Of a DNA stretch of 24,000 nt, positions 1-7,910 are shown one piece after another (positions within the stretch are counted from its first letter, which is position 1; each line of letters begins with the position of its first letter). The stretch lies in assembly GCF_003314995.1 (NCBI RefSeq), contig NZ_QNRH01000001.1, positions 659,436 through 683,435 on the forward strand, in the 5' to 3' direction. The notes below the pieces were generated by a model. It had not been told where the DNA came from. It did no database searches and saw nothing but the letters and a program-made list of their open reading frames with translations. The position numbers were made by a program, and so were the translations under genes. This stretch comes from Pseudochrobactrum asaccharolyticum. Lineage in GTDB: Bacteria; Pseudomonadota; Alphaproteobacteria; Rhizobiales; Rhizobiaceae.

Positions 1-540
1 AACCGGAATATTCATCTTGGCACGAAGCTGTTCTTCAACTTCGAAGCACTCAGGAGCCTTGATATCTTCCAGATTGATGCCGCCAAAGGTTGGTTCCAGT
101 GCGGAGATGACATCAACCATACGCTCGACTTTAAGTGAGTCGATTTCAATGTCGAAAACATCAATATCAGCAAACTTTTTGAACAGAACGGCTTTGCCTT
201 CCATCACCGGCTTGGAAGCCAGCGGGCCGATATTGCCAAGGCCGAGAACGGCTGTACCGTTGGAGATCACTGCGACCAGATTGGCTCGTGCAGTGTAATC
301 GGCAGCCAGTGCCGGATCATCCTGAATGGCAAGGCAAGGCGCGGCAACGCCCGGGGAATAGGCAAGAGCCAGATCGCGCTGGTTGCCAAGCGTTTTTGTC
401 GGCTGAATTTCCAGCTTACCCGGCTTTGGTGAGCGGTGATAAAACAGCGCCGCTTCTTCGAAATCAGAAAATTTTCTCTCTGTACCGGCACCCTGTGCGG
501 TACCGGTTTTGTTTGTGTCGTTGGATGAATTTTTTGTCAT
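1..540 (-). CDS. maeB: NAD(P)-dependent malic enzyme, N-terminal 180 codons (partial; continues past the left edge)
   Basis: Absent from the ORF track because it is open at the window edge. My reverse-strand translation from the ATG (complement of 538-540) reads [120 protein letters not shown]... The YSPGVA and [19 protein letters not shown] blocks are hallmark malic-enzyme N-terminal motifs. 540 nt is exactly 180 codons with no stop. NAD versus NADP specificity cannot be decided from this fragment. Confidence 0.9.
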   Translation of the reverse strand, partial: MTKNSSNDTNKTGTAQGAGTERKFSDFEEAALFYHRSPKPGKLEIQPTKTLGNQRDLALAYSPGVAAPCLAIQDDPALAADYTARANLVAVISNGTAVLGLGNIGPLASKPVMEGKAVLFKKFADIDVFDIEIDSLKVERMVDVISALEPTFGGINLEDIKAPECFEVEEQLRAKMNIPV

Positions 541-859
541 GTAATAATTGTCCAGTCAGACGATTGGGGCAGCCATCCCCGTGACAGCTAAGCAATTTCA
601 AGAACGCTAAATCGTTGGAGCGGCGAAATCAGTTGCATAGGCTGATTTTGTAGTCCGCTGCGATCCGTCCGAAACCGCATTATACCAAAACACTTTGGCA
701 CATTTGTCACAAAGGGAGGCTCTTCGGACAAGCTGTACCATTTAGATGGAATAAGGTCGTATATGGGATAATTGAGCAAGTTACAAATCACAGACTGCTC
801 ATTCATCGGGGTAAAAATCAAAAAAAATACGGTTTTGCGGGTTATGGCAGGAAAAGGTC

Positions 860-892
860 GCGCGATTATGTCTCACTTTGACAAAATCGCGC
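860..892 (-). terminator. Weak terminator-like hairpin downstream of the epimerase gene
   Basis: 8-bp inverted repeat GCGCGATT (860-867) / AATCGCGC (885-892) with a 17-nt loop. On the minus strand it is followed by GACCTTTTCC, only a short T run. It lies 16 nt after the stop at 908. Confidence 0.3.
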
Positions 893-907
893 TTAACCGA
901 ATGTCAG

Positions 908-1900
908 TTAACCCCACAATTCAGGGAGTGGCGGGGATACAGTTGTGCCGTCATAATGCAATGCCGGTTCACGGTCTTTTGCCAATAATAGTGGGCCGTC
1001 GAGGTCAACAAAATCAGCATCCTGCGCCACCATCAGGGCAGGTGCCATGGCGAGTGACGAGCCGACCATGCAGCCCACCATCACCTGAAGGCCAAGTGAA
1101 CGGGCTTTGTCACGCATGATCAGGGCTTCAGTCAGGCCGCCGGTCTTATCCAGCTTGATATTGACTGCATCATAGCGGTCTTTCAGCTTTTCCAGACCTT
1201 CGGATGTATGGGCGCTTTCATCGGCACAAACCGGAACAGGGCGGTTGGCCTGCAGCAGATAGCTGTCATCAGATGATGGCAAAGGCTGTTCAATCAGGCC
1301 GATTTTACATTCTGCCGCAACGCCGATATTTTCCGCAAAGTTGTCCGGATTCCAGCCTTCATTGGCATCCAGAATGATCTGCGCGTTTGGTGCGGCACTA
1401 CGCACGGCACGAATGCGGTCTGCATCATTCTCGCCGCCGATTTTGACTTTGATCAGCGGGTGGTGCGCGAGCTTCGCAGTGGCTGCGGCCATTGCTTCCG
1501 GCGTATCTATAGAAACGGTGATGGCGGTAATCAGCGGGCGCGGGGTCAGATTGAGCAGTGCCGCAGCTGTGGTGCCGGATTGCTTGGCCTGCAAATCCCA
1601 CAAGGCGCAGTCAACGGCATTACGTGCGGCACCTGCCGGCATTGCAGTCTGCAATTTGAGACGCAGGGATTCTGCCGAGCCGCCTGCTTTCAGCAAAGGC
1701 TCAACGGCGCGGATCTGATCGCTGACTGATTCTATGCTTTCGCCATAGCGTGCATAGGGCACACATTCACCGTGCCCCCTGTGAATACCGTCACTCAATT
1801 CACACACTACGATAACAGCTTCGGTTTTGGAGCCGCGCGAGATTGTAAATTTGCCTGCAATCGGGTAGCGCTCAATAAGCAGATTAAGATTATATTGCAT
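908..1900 (-). CDS. ycjG: Enolase-superfamily dipeptide epimerase (L-Ala-D/L-Glu epimerase, YcjG-like; the same family as N-acetyl-D-Glu racemase DgcA)
   Basis: 330-aa ORF. It is collinear with my recollection of E. coli YcjG in three blocks: FTISRGSKTEAVIVVCEL..GHGECVPYARYGES, MPAGAARNAVDCALWDL and VNIKLDKTGGLTEAL. The catalytic and metal-ligand pattern of the MLE subgroup is present: KVKIG (KxK), DANEGW, IEQP, ADES, KLDK. Confidence 0.88.
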   Translation of the reverse strand: MQYNLNLLIERYPIAGKFTISRGSKTEAVIVVCELSDGIHRGHGECVPYARYGESIESVSDQIRAVEPLLKAGGSAESLRLKLQTAMPAGAARNAVDCALWDLQAKQSGTTAAALLNLTPRPLITAITVSIDTPEAMAAATAKLAHHPLIKVKIGGENDADRIRAVRSAAPNAQIILDANEGWNPDNFAENIGVAAECKIGLIEQPLPSSDDSYLLQANRPVPVCADESAHTSEGLEKLKDRYDAVNIKLDKTGGLTEALIMRDKARSLGLQVMVGCMVGSSLAMAPALMVAQDADFVDLDGPLLLAKDREPALHYDGTTVSPPLPELWG

Positions 1901-2079
1901 TGGTACTGTCCGTAATTATAGAATTTTACGTCTGTAATGATGCATTTAGACTAAATGATACAGACGTTCGGGTTTATCAGAGGCCTGATAGATGTGAATA
2001 TGTTGCCCTAAGAGATGGAAATAGTCCGGCATAGTACTGAGCCGGTTATCACCATACAGACTCAAGTTTTGGATAATGC

Positions 2080-3267
2080 ATGTTGACCGATAAAAAGGGT
2101 AAAACAAGTAGTAACCCAGCCTCCGCACCGGAAATAAATGTGGTGCCGGATGATGCGGGAACTATTGTCACTTTATCCGGTCACTGGACATCGCTGACAG
2201 TTGCGCGCGTTGATAATCAGATGCGCAAGCTGGAAAGCGGTCTGGCTGAAAAACTGCCGTCAAAGATTGTAAAACTGGATATGGGCAGCATATCCGGCCT
2301 TGATACAGCCGGTGCATGGTTGATTGAGCGCCTGCGTGTGGCGCTGAGCAAGCAGCAGGTCAGCGTGCATATTGAGAATATACGCCCGAGCTGGTCGCCG
2401 TTGCTCCAAGAGGTTGGCGCCGCCGTTGAACGCTATCAGGTGCCGGAAAAGCCGCAGCGTCCGTTTTTTGTGATTTCGCTGCTCGATAAGCTTGGCCGTT
2501 TAATGTATGCGGCGCGTGACGATTTTCTGATGTCGATGCATATTCTCGGCGCGACAATCCGTGGCTCGCAGATGAAGTCCGGTCGTGGCAACGGCATTGG
2601 TTATGCGGCGATTGTCAATCAGATTGACCGGATGGGCGTTGGTGCGATTCCGGTCGTGCTGCTGATGTCCACGATTATCGGTGCGATTATTGCCCAGCAG
2701 GGCGCATTTCAGTTGCGCTATTTCGGCGCGGAAATCTTCGTGGTCGATCTGGTCGGTATTCTGGTGCTGCGTGAAATCGGGGTGCTGTTGACCGCAATTA
2801 TGATTGCGGGGCGTTCCGGCAGTGCGATTACTGCTGAAATTGGTTCGATGAAAATGCGCGAGGAAACCGATGCGCTGACCGTCATTGGGCTTAATCCTGT
2901 CGGTGTTCTGGTGTTTCCGCGTTTGGTGGCGCTGGTGATTATCCTGCCGATGCTGACCATTATTGCTGATTTGGCAGCGCTGGCCGGTGCCGGTTTCATT
3001 GCATGGACCTATTCGGGCATTCCGCCGGAAGCGTTTATGAGTCGCCTGCGTGACGCGATTGTGACCTCAACCTATCTTGCAGGTCTGATTAAAGCGCCGT
3101 TTATGGCGATGATTATCGGTATTATGGCCTCGGTTGAAGGCATGAAGGTGAAAGGCAGTGCGGAATCACTGGGGCGGCGAGTGACGTCATCAGTGGTGAA
3201 ATCTATTTTCGTGGTAATTGTCGTGGATGGTATGTTTGCGATTTTCTACGCGGCAATTGATTTTTAA
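2080..3267 (+). CDS. MlaE-family ABC transporter permease with an N-terminal STAS (MlaB-like) domain
   Basis: 395-aa ORF. The C-terminal ~260 aa form a multi-pass membrane domain with MlaE-type blocks: REIGVLLTAIMIAGRSGSAITAEIGSMKMREETDAL and GSAESLGRRVTSSVVKSI. The N-terminal ~120 aa look like a STAS fold: TLSGHWTSLTVARVDNQMRKL...KLDMGSISGLDTAGAWLIERL. It is first in a four-gene co-directional cluster. Confidence 0.88.
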   Translation: MLTDKKGKTSSNPASAPEINVVPDDAGTIVTLSGHWTSLTVARVDNQMRKLESGLAEKLPSKIVKLDMGSISGLDTAGAWLIERLRVALSKQQVSVHIENIRPSWSPLLQEVGAAVERYQVPEKPQRPFFVISLLDKLGRLMYAARDDFLMSMHILGATIRGSQMKSGRGNGIGYAAIVNQIDRMGVGAIPVVLLMSTIIGAIIAQQGAFQLRYFGAEIFVVDLVGILVLREIGVLLTAIMIAGRSGSAITAEIGSMKMREETDALTVIGLNPVGVLVFPRLVALVIILPMLTIIADLAALAGAGFIAWTYSGIPPEAFMSRLRDAIVTSTYLAGLIKAPFMAMIIGIMASVEGMKVKGSAESLGRRVTSSVVKSIFVVIVVDGMFAIFYAAIDF

Positions 3268-3284
3268 AATCAGAACGATAACGG

Positions 3285-4223
3285 ATGAATATGAATTCTC
3301 AGAATAACCGTCAGACATTACAGCAGGAGAATACGGACGCGGCATCAGATGCCGTGATTTCCGTGCGTGATGTCACGGTTGCGTTCGGCCGCAATGTGAT
3401 TTTGGACAAGTTGGATCTGGATATCCGGCGCGGTGAAGTGCTGGGTTTTATTGGTCCGTCCGGCTCCGGTAAATCTGTTCTGATGCGTACCATTCTGGGG
3501 CTGACCCAAAAGAAATCCGGCCTGATTGATATTTTCGGGCAGGATGTCGATAAGGTCAATGAACGCCAGCGCATGGCCATTGATATGCGTATGGGCGTGC
3601 TGTTCCAGCAGGGGGCTTTGTTTTCTTCGCTGACGGTGCTGGAAAATATTCAGGTGCCGATGCGGGAATATCTCGATCTGCCGCCAAAACTGATGAATGA
3701 GCTGGCACGCCTGAAAATCGATCTGGTCGGTTTGAAGCCGGATACAGCAGAGAAATATCCGTCGGAACTCTCCGGCGGGATGATCAAACGTGCCGCACTG
3801 GCACGCGCACTGGCGCTTGATCCTGAAGTTGTGTTTCTGGATGAGCCGACATCGGGGCTTGATCCTATCGGCGCGGCGGATTTTGACGATCTGATCGCTA
3901 ACTTACGTGATACGATGGGGCTAACCGTCTATATGGTAACCCATGATCTTGATAGCCTTTTTGCAATTTGTGACCGAATTGCTGTATTAGGACAAAAGAA
4001 AGTACTGGTAGACGGTACAGTTGAAGAATTGCTGAAATGCGACGATCCTTGGGTGCAGACCTATTTCAATGGCAAGCGTGCGCGGCAGATTGACAAAAAT
4101 GCGGCTAATCGCCGGAAAACGGGCTCACCCCCACCGGATAAGGCAGCAGAAGCTGGCATGACTGAAACGAAAGGTTCCTCTGCGGACCAAGGCACAAAAC
4201 AAGATACGGAAACGAAACAGTAA
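3285..4223 (+). CDS. MlaF-like ABC transporter ATP-binding protein with a low-complexity C-terminal tail
   Basis: 312-aa ORF with Walker A GPSGSGKS, ABC signature LSGGMIKR, Walker B VVFLDEPTSGLD and H-loop VTHDL. The last ~55 aa are K/T/E/P-rich and probably disordered. The start could be ATG 3285 or ATG 3291. Confidence 0.9.
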   Translation: MNMNSQNNRQTLQQENTDAASDAVISVRDVTVAFGRNVILDKLDLDIRRGEVLGFIGPSGSGKSVLMRTILGLTQKKSGLIDIFGQDVDKVNERQRMAIDMRMGVLFQQGALFSSLTVLENIQVPMREYLDLPPKLMNELARLKIDLVGLKPDTAEKYPSELSGGMIKRAALARALALDPEVVFLDEPTSGLDPIGAADFDDLIANLRDTMGLTVYMVTHDLDSLFAICDRIAVLGQKKVLVDGTVEELLKCDDPWVQTYFNGKRARQIDKNAANRRKTGSPPPDKAAEAGMTETKGSSADQGTKQDTETKQ

Positions 4224-5218
4224 TGGAAACAAAAGCCAATTATGTTCTGGTCGGTATTTTCACACTGGTTGTGACGATTGCCGCCTTTGGTTTTGTGTAT
4301 TGGGCTGCCCGTTTCGGTGATAATAGCGATACGCTGCCTCTCGAAATCCGTATTCCGGGCTCGGTAACCGGTCTGTCCAAGGGCAGTCAGGTGCTGTTCA
4401 ACGGTATTAAGGTTGGTGACGTCCGTCAGATGTTCCTTGATCCGCTCAATCCGAATATGGTGATTGTGCAATCTGAGGTAAACCGCACCACACCGATCAC
4501 CCGTTCGACCAAAGCTGAATTGTCGTCGCAGGGTTTGACCGGTATCAGTTTTATTGAGCTCAAGGGCGGTAGCCTGATGGAGCCGAACCTGATGGAAGAA
4601 GCGGATAAAGGCGGCTATGTTGCGCGTATCAATGCTGATCCATCAATTTTCACTGATCTGATGGCGACCGCGAAAGATATTTTCGGCCGCACAGAGCGTG
4701 TGCTTGGCGGTTTGGAAGGCTTCGTCAATGATGCTCGTGGTCCGCTGACCGATACAGTCAATAATGCCAAGACCTTTACGGATGCATTGGCTAAGAACGC
4801 TGATGTGATCAGTGCTATCGGTGATAATGCGGCTGACGTACAAAAAACCATTCAGGAAGCACGCGAAATGATGGAACGCCTGAACGCGGCTTCCAAGCGT
4901 GTGGATGGCATTATGGCTAAGGTCGATAAGATGCTGTCACCTGAGGATCGTGACGGTGTTGTTGCACAGGCAAGGGCGACGCTCGCATCTATTCAGAAAA
5001 CATCGGATAATCTGGACAAGCGTCTGGCACCGATTGCCGAAAACCTGTCGCGTTTCTCAGGCAAGGGTTTGAGCGATGTACAGTCGGTTGTTGTCGATAG
5101 CCGTCGCTCATTGCAGCGCATTGAGCAGGCCATTACAGATCTTGAACGTGATCCGCAGCGCATAATCTTTGGCGGTTCAGGTACCGTACCGCAATATGAC
5201 GGAAGGAAGCGCCACTAA
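4223..5218 (+). CDS. MlaD/MCE-family substrate-binding protein (membrane-anchored, long helical C-terminus)
   Basis: 331-aa ORF. It has an N-terminal TM helix (ANYVLVGIFTLVVTIAAFGFVYWAA) followed by an MCE domain (GLSKGSQVLFNGIKVGDVRQM...AELSSQGLTGISFIELKGG). The start overlaps the upstream stop by 1 nt (TAATG at 4221-4225). Confidence 0.88.
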   Translation: METKANYVLVGIFTLVVTIAAFGFVYWAARFGDNSDTLPLEIRIPGSVTGLSKGSQVLFNGIKVGDVRQMFLDPLNPNMVIVQSEVNRTTPITRSTKAELSSQGLTGISFIELKGGSLMEPNLMEEADKGGYVARINADPSIFTDLMATAKDIFGRTERVLGGLEGFVNDARGPLTDTVNNAKTFTDALAKNADVISAIGDNAADVQKTIQEAREMMERLNAASKRVDGIMAKVDKMLSPEDRDGVVAQARATLASIQKTSDNLDKRLAPIAENLSRFSGKGLSDVQSVVVDSRRSLQRIEQAITDLERDPQRIIFGGSGTVPQYDGRKRH

Positions 5219-5811
5219 TGCTGAAATCTATTCTGAATTACAGACTGGCTGTTCTCGGCGCTACAGCATTGCTGGCCGGTTGTGCTTCAAGCACACCGCT
5301 GGATACATTCAGCCTCAGTACCACACAGGTACAGGTGGCGCAGAAGCGTAAGAATGTGCAGATTTTGGTGCCGACACCGGCAGCACTTAAAGCGCTGGAT
5401 AGCGAGAATATCGTTATTCATGATGCGCCGGGCTCAATCACCTATCTCAAAGGCGCCCAATGGGGCGACCGTCTGACCAATCTGGTACAGGCGCGTCTGG
5501 TGCAAGCTTTTGAAAACAGCAATGCAGTAGGTGGTGTCGGCCGTCCGGGTGATGGTCTGGCGATTAATTATCAGGTTCAGGCAGATTTGCGTGATTTTGG
5601 TATTACGGCATCGTCGTCGCCGCAAACTGCCCGTATTGAGCTGGCCGTGCGCGTGTTGAATGACAAAACCGGTGAAGTTCGCGCAACACGTGTCTTTACT
5701 TCAACGGCACCGGTGAGTGGCGCAGGCAACAAAGCCTATATCCGTGCGCTGGATGCCGGTTTCAATGATGTGACCCGTCAGATCGTGGCATGGGTTGTTT
5801 CTGTTATTTAA
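5218..5811 (+). CDS. ABC-type transport auxiliary lipoprotein (DUF330 / ABC_trans_aux family)
   Basis: 197-aa ORF with a signal peptide and lipobox LLAGC|ASS. Its size and its position directly after an MCE gene are typical of the DUF330 lipoprotein partner. The start overlaps the upstream stop by 1 nt (TAATG at 5216-5220). Confidence 0.75.
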   Translation: MLKSILNYRLAVLGATALLAGCASSTPLDTFSLSTTQVQVAQKRKNVQILVPTPAALKALDSENIVIHDAPGSITYLKGAQWGDRLTNLVQARLVQAFENSNAVGGVGRPGDGLAINYQVQADLRDFGITASSSPQTARIELAVRVLNDKTGEVRATRVFTSTAPVSGAGNKAYIRALDAGFNDVTRQIVAWVVSVI

Positions 5812-5880
5812 TAAAGGCGGAACCTGAAGCGATATTGAAGCGTTGGGTAATCGGAATTTTATTCTCATCATTGTTTTAAT

Positions 5881-5910
5881 AAAGGCGGCTTTGATGCCGC
5901 CTTTTTTCTT
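5881..5910 (+). terminator. Rho-independent terminator of the Mla/MCE-type operon
   Basis: Stem AAAGGCGGC (5881-5889) / GCCGCCTTT (5896-5904), loop TTTGAT, followed by a T-rich run (TTTTTTCTTCTT). Confidence 0.8.
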
Positions 5911-6025
5911 CTTAATTCGATGAAAGAAAAATATTCTGTCTGCTGTATAAAATGCAGCAGTAAGCAGATGCGATTCTCTGGATACAGCTTAGGCTGACAG
6001 GGATTAACAGGGGGGAACAGGCCGT

Positions 6026-7798
6026 ATGACCTTGCAACAGATACTGGCGCTGGCGGTTATCGCTGTGATGATGGCGGTCTTTATCTGGGGGCGTTTCCGC
6101 TACGATGTTGTCGCCCTGTGTTTTCTGCTGATTGCTGTCGCGCTCGGGCTGGTGCCTTATGATCATGCCTTTACCGGTTTTGCCGATGATATTGTGATCA
6201 TTGTCGGGAGTGCGCTGGTCGTGAGTGCAGGTGTTGCGCGTTCCGGCCTGATGGAAGCAGCCGTGCAGCGCTTCGTGCCCCACCTCAATGCGATACGGAT
6301 ACAAATGCTGTTGTTGGTTACAGTAGTGACCGTGCTGTCTGCGTTCGTTAAAAATGTCGGTGCGCTGGCGATTATGATTCCGGTGGCGATGCAGTTTGCC
6401 CGCCGTTCCAATGTCTCTCCGTCGGTGTTTCTGATGCCGATGGCCTTTGGTGCGCTCCTGGGCGGGTTGATGACACAGGTCGGTACCTCTCCGAATATTG
6501 TGGTTTCCCGCGTGCGTGCGGAGATGGTGGGCGAGAGCTTCACCATGTTTGATTTTACGCCGGTTGGTGCCACGCTTGCTGTGGTCGGTATTATCTATCT
6601 GACTCTGTTCTATAAGCTGGTGCCGCAGCGCAAACGCGAGAATGTCAGTGTCGATGAGGCGATTGAAATCCGCAATTATGTCTCGGAGGCACGGGTGCCG
6701 AAAGGTGCGCCGATCATTGGCAAAAAAGTCACCGATCTGATGAAACCTGCCGAAGGCAGCGCGATGGTTACATCCATCCTGCGTGACGTGAAACGTGTCG
6801 CGCCACTGCCGGATACGGTGATTGCCGAGGGGGATATCATTCTGCTGGAGGGTGACCCGAAAGCGCTTGATGCAATTGTCAGTAATGCCAAACTTAAATT
6901 GACAGAAGACCGTGTGCCTTCGGAAAATGCCGGTTCGGCTGAGATTGAAGCGGTTGAAGCGGTGATCGGCAAGAATTCGGCGCTGATCGGCACCTCTGCG
7001 CGTAGCCTTAATCTCTATGAAAATTATGATGTGAACCTGCTCGCCGTGAGTCGTCAGGGAGAGCGTATCAGCGAGCGTCTGCGAGAGGTCGTGCTGCATC
7101 AGGGCGATGTTGTCGTGTTGCAGGGGCGGCAGGGTATTTTGCCGCCATTGCTACGCGAGCTGGGATGTCTGCCACTGGCACGCCGCACCATTCTGCTGGG
7201 CAGTGTGCGCCGTGGTCTGATACCGCTGTCGATCCTGCTGGTGGCCATTGTCGCAACTGCACTCGGGCTGGTTCCGGTTTCTATTGCGTTTTTTGCGGCA
7301 GCGGTGGCGATGGTGGTATTTCGCGCTATTCCTGTCAGCGAGGTCTATTCCGCAGTGGACGGGCCAATTCTTGTAATGCTGGCTGCGCTTATACCGGTCA
7401 GTGATGCGCTGCGTACCACTGGGGCGACCGATGTGATTGCTCAATGGCTGACGATTTTTGCTCAACAAATGCCACCGGCAGGGGCATTGGCGCTGATATT
7501 GATTACGGCGATGGCAGTAACACCATTTCTCAATAATGCCGCGACGGTGCTGGTTATGGCGCCGATTGCCACCAGTTTTGCTGCTGGTCTTGGTTTCAGA
7601 CCAGAAGCTTTTCTGATGGCCGTGGCGATTGGTGCCGGTTGCGATTTCCTCTCACCGATCGGGCATCAGTGTAACACGCTGGTTATGGGCCCGGGCGGAT
7701 ATCGCTTCGGCGATTTTCCGCGCCTTGGCCTGCCACTGTCCTTTATCATCATTCTGGTGGCAGTGCCGGTGCTGATGTTCTGGTGGCCGTTGCAGTAA
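6026..7798 (+). CDS. SLC13/DASS-family anion permease with two central TrkA-C (RCK_C) domains
   Basis: 590-aa ORF with multi-pass hydrophobic N- and C-terminal halves. The C-terminal half carries the typical NNAATVLVMAPIA and CDFLSPIGHQCNTLVMGPGGY blocks. Two soluble repeats between them look like TrkA-C: ARVPKGAPIIGKKVTDL...IAEGDIILLEGD and AVIGKNSALIGTSARSL...LHQGDVVVLQG. An RBS GGGGGAA lies 8-9 nt upstream of the ATG. Confidence 0.88.
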   Translation: MTLQQILALAVIAVMMAVFIWGRFRYDVVALCFLLIAVALGLVPYDHAFTGFADDIVIIVGSALVVSAGVARSGLMEAAVQRFVPHLNAIRIQMLLLVTVVTVLSAFVKNVGALAIMIPVAMQFARRSNVSPSVFLMPMAFGALLGGLMTQVGTSPNIVVSRVRAEMVGESFTMFDFTPVGATLAVVGIIYLTLFYKLVPQRKRENVSVDEAIEIRNYVSEARVPKGAPIIGKKVTDLMKPAEGSAMVTSILRDVKRVAPLPDTVIAEGDIILLEGDPKALDAIVSNAKLKLTEDRVPSENAGSAEIEAVEAVIGKNSALIGTSARSLNLYENYDVNLLAVSRQGERISERLREVVLHQGDVVVLQGRQGILPPLLRELGCLPLARRTILLGSVRRGLIPLSILLVAIVATALGLVPVSIAFFAAAVAMVVFRAIPVSEVYSAVDGPILVMLAALIPVSDALRTTGATDVIAQWLTIFAQQMPPAGALALILITAMAVTPFLNNAATVLVMAPIATSFAAGLGFRPEAFLMAVAIGAGCDFLSPIGHQCNTLVMGPGGYRFGDFPRLGLPLSFIIILVAVPVLMFWWPLQ

Positions 7799-7800
7799 TA

Positions 7801-7835
7801 CCAAAGACTAATGAGCATGACTCATTGGTCTTTGG
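7801..7835 (+). terminator. Terminator-like hairpin between convergent genes (SLC13 permease / SIP)
   Basis: 15-bp stem CCAAAGACTAATGAG (7801-7815) / CTCATTGGTCTTTGG (7821-7835), loop CATGA. There is one G-U wobble on the plus-strand RNA and an A-C mismatch on the minus-strand RNA. No clear U-tract follows (TTAAG). Confidence 0.5.
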
Positions 7836-7910
7836 TTAAGCCCGAGTGGCGATTGAACATTTCAAGGCGTGATGCGTTAGCATCTTGAGCCGCCTTGGTA
7901 TAAGTGACGA

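Noticed and set aside
588-821. 77-aa minus-strand ORF in the malic-enzyme / epimerase spacer
   Set aside because: I see no recognisable family and no convincing RBS. The codon composition is atypical compared with neighbouring genes. It is kept only as part of the unexplained-spacer finding.
5807-5888. 14-nt direct repeat TTTAATAAAGGCGG (5807-5820, spanning the lipoprotein stop codon, and 5875-5888, forming the left arm of the terminator)
   Set aside because: It is short and occurs only twice. It probably reflects a local duplication or chance, and I can attach no function beyond the terminator.
5912-7099. 395-aa minus-strand ORF antisense to the SLC13 permease gene
   Set aside because: The sequence is R/H/Q/N-rich and low-complexity with no recognisable domain. 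It begins inside the upstream terminator and promoter region. The plus-strand gene has convincing membrane-protein features.
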